DNA of 50,546 nt, taken from the NCBI GenBank assembly GCA_041694835.1, contig JBGFRZ010000048.1, positions 1-50,546 on the forward strand, in the 5' to 3' direction. How positions within the stretch are numbered: position 1 is the stretch's first letter; each line of letters begins with the position of its first letter. The stretch is from Ignavibacteria bacterium. GTDB taxonomy: Bacteria; Elusimicrobiota; Endomicrobiia; PHAN01. Shown here in pieces: positions 48,293-50,546 of the stretch. Made by a program: the position numbers and the translations under genes. The notes beneath the pieces were generated by a model. It saw only the letters and a list, made by a program, of their open reading frames with translations. It was not told the DNA's origin and did not search any database.

Positions 48293-49741
48293 ATGAGAAT
48301 CAAAACTCGTCTGATTTTATCTTTCGGATTTTTTGTGCTCCTTATTTTGGTATGGGGGGGCATTTCGAGTTATCTGAATTTTAAACTTACTTCCCTGCTG
48401 ACAAAAAGCATCGCACTTTCCAGGTCGCTTTCCTTCTGGAGAGAGCTGGATTTCGCGTTTTCTCGTCAGAGCCGAACCATAGATTATTTTCTGCTATTCG
48501 GAACCTCATCTGAAAAAGAAAGTTTCAATACACAGAGTACCATGATAAACAAAAAGCTCGAAAATTTTCTCGAAAAAAAGCTCATCGCCGTCACAGATTA
48601 TTCAAAAGACACAATGTCGAACTGGCAGAAAAATTACTTCGAGTATACCGCCACCATCAACCGCCTTTTCGGTGTCATAGACGGTGTTGTGATAAAGTAT
48701 TTTGAAAAGAACATTGAACCGCTTCAGAAAAATTTGTTCGCGGAGATTTCATCGAATATAAAGTTATACGAAGAAGAAATTAACCTGGTCGAAAAGGAGA
48801 TAAAAAACATTTCAAATACGAGCATAATTTTTTCCATGTTAAGCGGAATTCTCGCTTTCGTCATAGCGGTTCTTTTGAGCATAGTTCTTTTCAGGTCTAT
48901 TTCGACTCCCCTGCGCGCACTTGAAATCGGAGCTAAAATAATCGGCGGAGGGGACATGAATTACAGAATTGCCATGAAGAACGCCCCTCCCGAGATTAAG
49001 ACGCTGTCCGACAACTTCAATGTAATGGTCGAAAATTTAAGCAAACTCCAGCTTCAGATAGTCCAAATGGATAGGATGTCTTCCATAGGCCAGCTTTCCG
49101 GCGGTGTTGCGCACGAAATAAACAACCCGCTCACGGGCGTTCTCGGTCAGGCGCAGCTTCTTCTTGAAAAGCTCCCCGAAAACTCCCCGTATAGGCCGCA
49201 TATACAAAAAATAGAGAGCGCTGCGCAGAGATGCAGGAAAATCGTCCGTTCGCTTCTTGATTTTTCGCGCGACAAGGATTACAACTTCGTTCACGCCGAT
49301 GTTATCGAGATACTGGATGAAACCATAGGTCTGCTTTCAAGCGAGATACAGCAGAAAAACATAATTATCCGAAGGGAAATAAATCCCATGCCTAAGATAA
49401 AAATTTCGCAGAGTCATATTCATCAGGTTTTTCTGAACATCATCACCAACTCGATTTATGCGATGAAAGGCGGTGGAACACTATCGATATCCACAAAGGT
49501 GAATAAAAATTTTGTAGAAATTTCCATAAGAGACACCGGGGTGGGCATAAAAAAGGAGTATCTGAACCACATATTCGATCCATTTTTCACCACGAAAAAC
49601 ATCGGAGAAGGCACGGGATTGGGTCTGACGGTATGCTACGGCATAATACAGCAACACAACGGAAGTATAGCGGCGGAAAGCCCGGGCGAAGGCAAGGGCA
49701 CGACGATTACAATTAAACTGCCATATTGCTCTGTGCCATAA
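48293..49741 (+). CDS. HAMP-domain sensor histidine kinase
   Basis: Two TM helices, HAMP, VAHEINNPL, DTGVG, FDPFFTTK, GTGLGL. Start 48293 preferred. Confidence 0.93.
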   Translation: MRIKTRLILSFGFFVLLILVWGGISSYLNFKLTSLLTKSIALSRSLSFWRELDFAFSRQSRTIDYFLLFGTSSEKESFNTQSTMINKKLENFLEKKLIAVTDYSKDTMSNWQKNYFEYTATINRLFGVIDGVVIKYFEKNIEPLQKNLFAEISSNIKLYEEEINLVEKEIKNISNTSIIFSMLSGILAFVIAVLLSIVLFRSISTPLRALEIGAKIIGGGDMNYRIAMKNAPPEIKTLSDNFNVMVENLSKLQLQIVQMDRMSSIGQLSGGVAHEINNPLTGVLGQAQLLLEKLPENSPYRPHIQKIESAAQRCRKIVRSLLDFSRDKDYNFVHADVIEILDETIGLLSSEIQQKNIIIRREINPMPKIKISQSHIHQVFLNIITNSIYAMKGGGTLSISTKVNKNFVEISIRDTGVGIKKEYLNHIFDPFFTTKNIGEGTGLGLTVCYGIIQQHNGSIAAESPGEGKGTTITIKLPYCSVP

Positions 49742-49749
49742 ATAATTGA

Positions 49750-50040
49750 CATTTTGCACAGGTGATTTTGGAGCGAAACAAAGAACGAGGAGCGAAGCAT
49801 ACCCTCTGCGGTATGTGAGCGACGAGTGATGAAGTTGTAGCCCAAAAGCGCCGTGCCCTTCGGGGTTCGTCATCTTTGGGGCATTCTTAAGTCACTCCTC
49901 GCTTATGTAGCACTGCGGCTACACCGCACTCGTCGTTCCTTTCACCCCGTTAGATATTCAAAGTCGAATGGAATGAACACTGTTAGGTATCAATTATCTA
50001 ACGGGGCGAACTGCCCTCAAATCTAACGAACCAAAATGCT
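49750..50040. mobile_element. MITE-like multi-hairpin element with nested CCCCGTTAGA element
   Basis: GAACGAGGAG.../...CTCGTCGTTC complementarity, internal hairpins, nested element at ~49944-50006. Confidence 0.55.
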
Positions 50041-50049
50041 CAACTATTT

Positions 50050-50442
50050 ATGGCACAGAGCAATATAACTATGAAAAGTATTTTTCTGATAGAAGACGAC
50101 ATCGATGTTACGGAAGTTATAAAATGTCTTGCCGAGAAACTTGATTTCGAGTTGTTTTGGTACTCAGATCCGTCGAAGGCGATGGCGGATATATTCGACA
50201 AAAAACCCGACATCGTTGTTATGGACATCATGATGCCGGGGTGCTTGAACGGATTTGAAGTCGCAAGGATACTCAAAGCCCATACCGACACGAAAAAAAT
50301 TCCCATACTTGCGATTTCCGGTTACGATTCGTCACAGACGCGTTTAAAAATATTCTCCGCCGGCGCAGATGATTATCTGGCTAAACCGTTCGACATAGCG
50401 GAGTTGGAGGAAAAAATAAAAAATCTTCTCGCGATTATTTGA
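50050..50442 (+). CDS. Single-domain response regulator
   Basis: IEDD, DIMMP, SGYD, KP. Confidence 0.92.
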   Translation: MAQSNITMKSIFLIEDDIDVTEVIKCLAEKLDFELFWYSDPSKAMADIFDKKPDIVVMDIMMPGCLNGFEVARILKAHTDTKKIPILAISGYDSSQTRLKIFSAGADDYLAKPFDIAELEEKIKNLLAII

Positions 50443-50546
50443 GTTTTAGCTGTGTAAAGTTGTATAATGAGACCGTTGATGCTTCGCTAAAACCTTGCCA
50501 CGGAGTAGGAATAGGACGCAGACTTTCGCAGATGAGTTTATAGTTG

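Overview
Bacterial chromosomal window. The protein repertoire resembles Elusimicrobiota or a similar diderm lineage, but that is inference. Bases 1-23.2 kb hold the 3' part of a type III restriction gene, housekeeping genes (acyP, sigma-70, apt, tRNA-Arg, PHP, TPR, beta-barrel, GH57), a MITE-bracketed cobalamin uptake block (btuF/C/D, riboswitch, btuB), an ArnT-GT2-PAP2 operon, larE, speD-speE-decarboxylase and a DksA/TraR gene. Bases 23.3-50.5 kb form a large surface-structure locus: a MerR-REC regulator, a 3614-aa adhesin, two paralogous chaperone-like proteins, two pilin-like proteins, two proteins with FlgD-Ig/T9SS-type-B-like C-termini, a PorV/UPF0164-like barrel and a two-component pair. 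Candidate 1 for an undescribed system is a putative donor-strand filament whose subunit motif recurs as the C-terminal domain of the giant adhesin. Candidate 2 is a family of heptamer-repeat cassettes, some carrying four-helix-bundle genes under strong purifying selection; their left arms start at stop codons, and in several genes their pyrimidine-rich tracts encode the signal peptide. Intergenic DNA is also dense in GTAG-REP arrays (with a RAYT remnant) and nested MITEs. All family assignments come from motif recognition by eye, not database searches.
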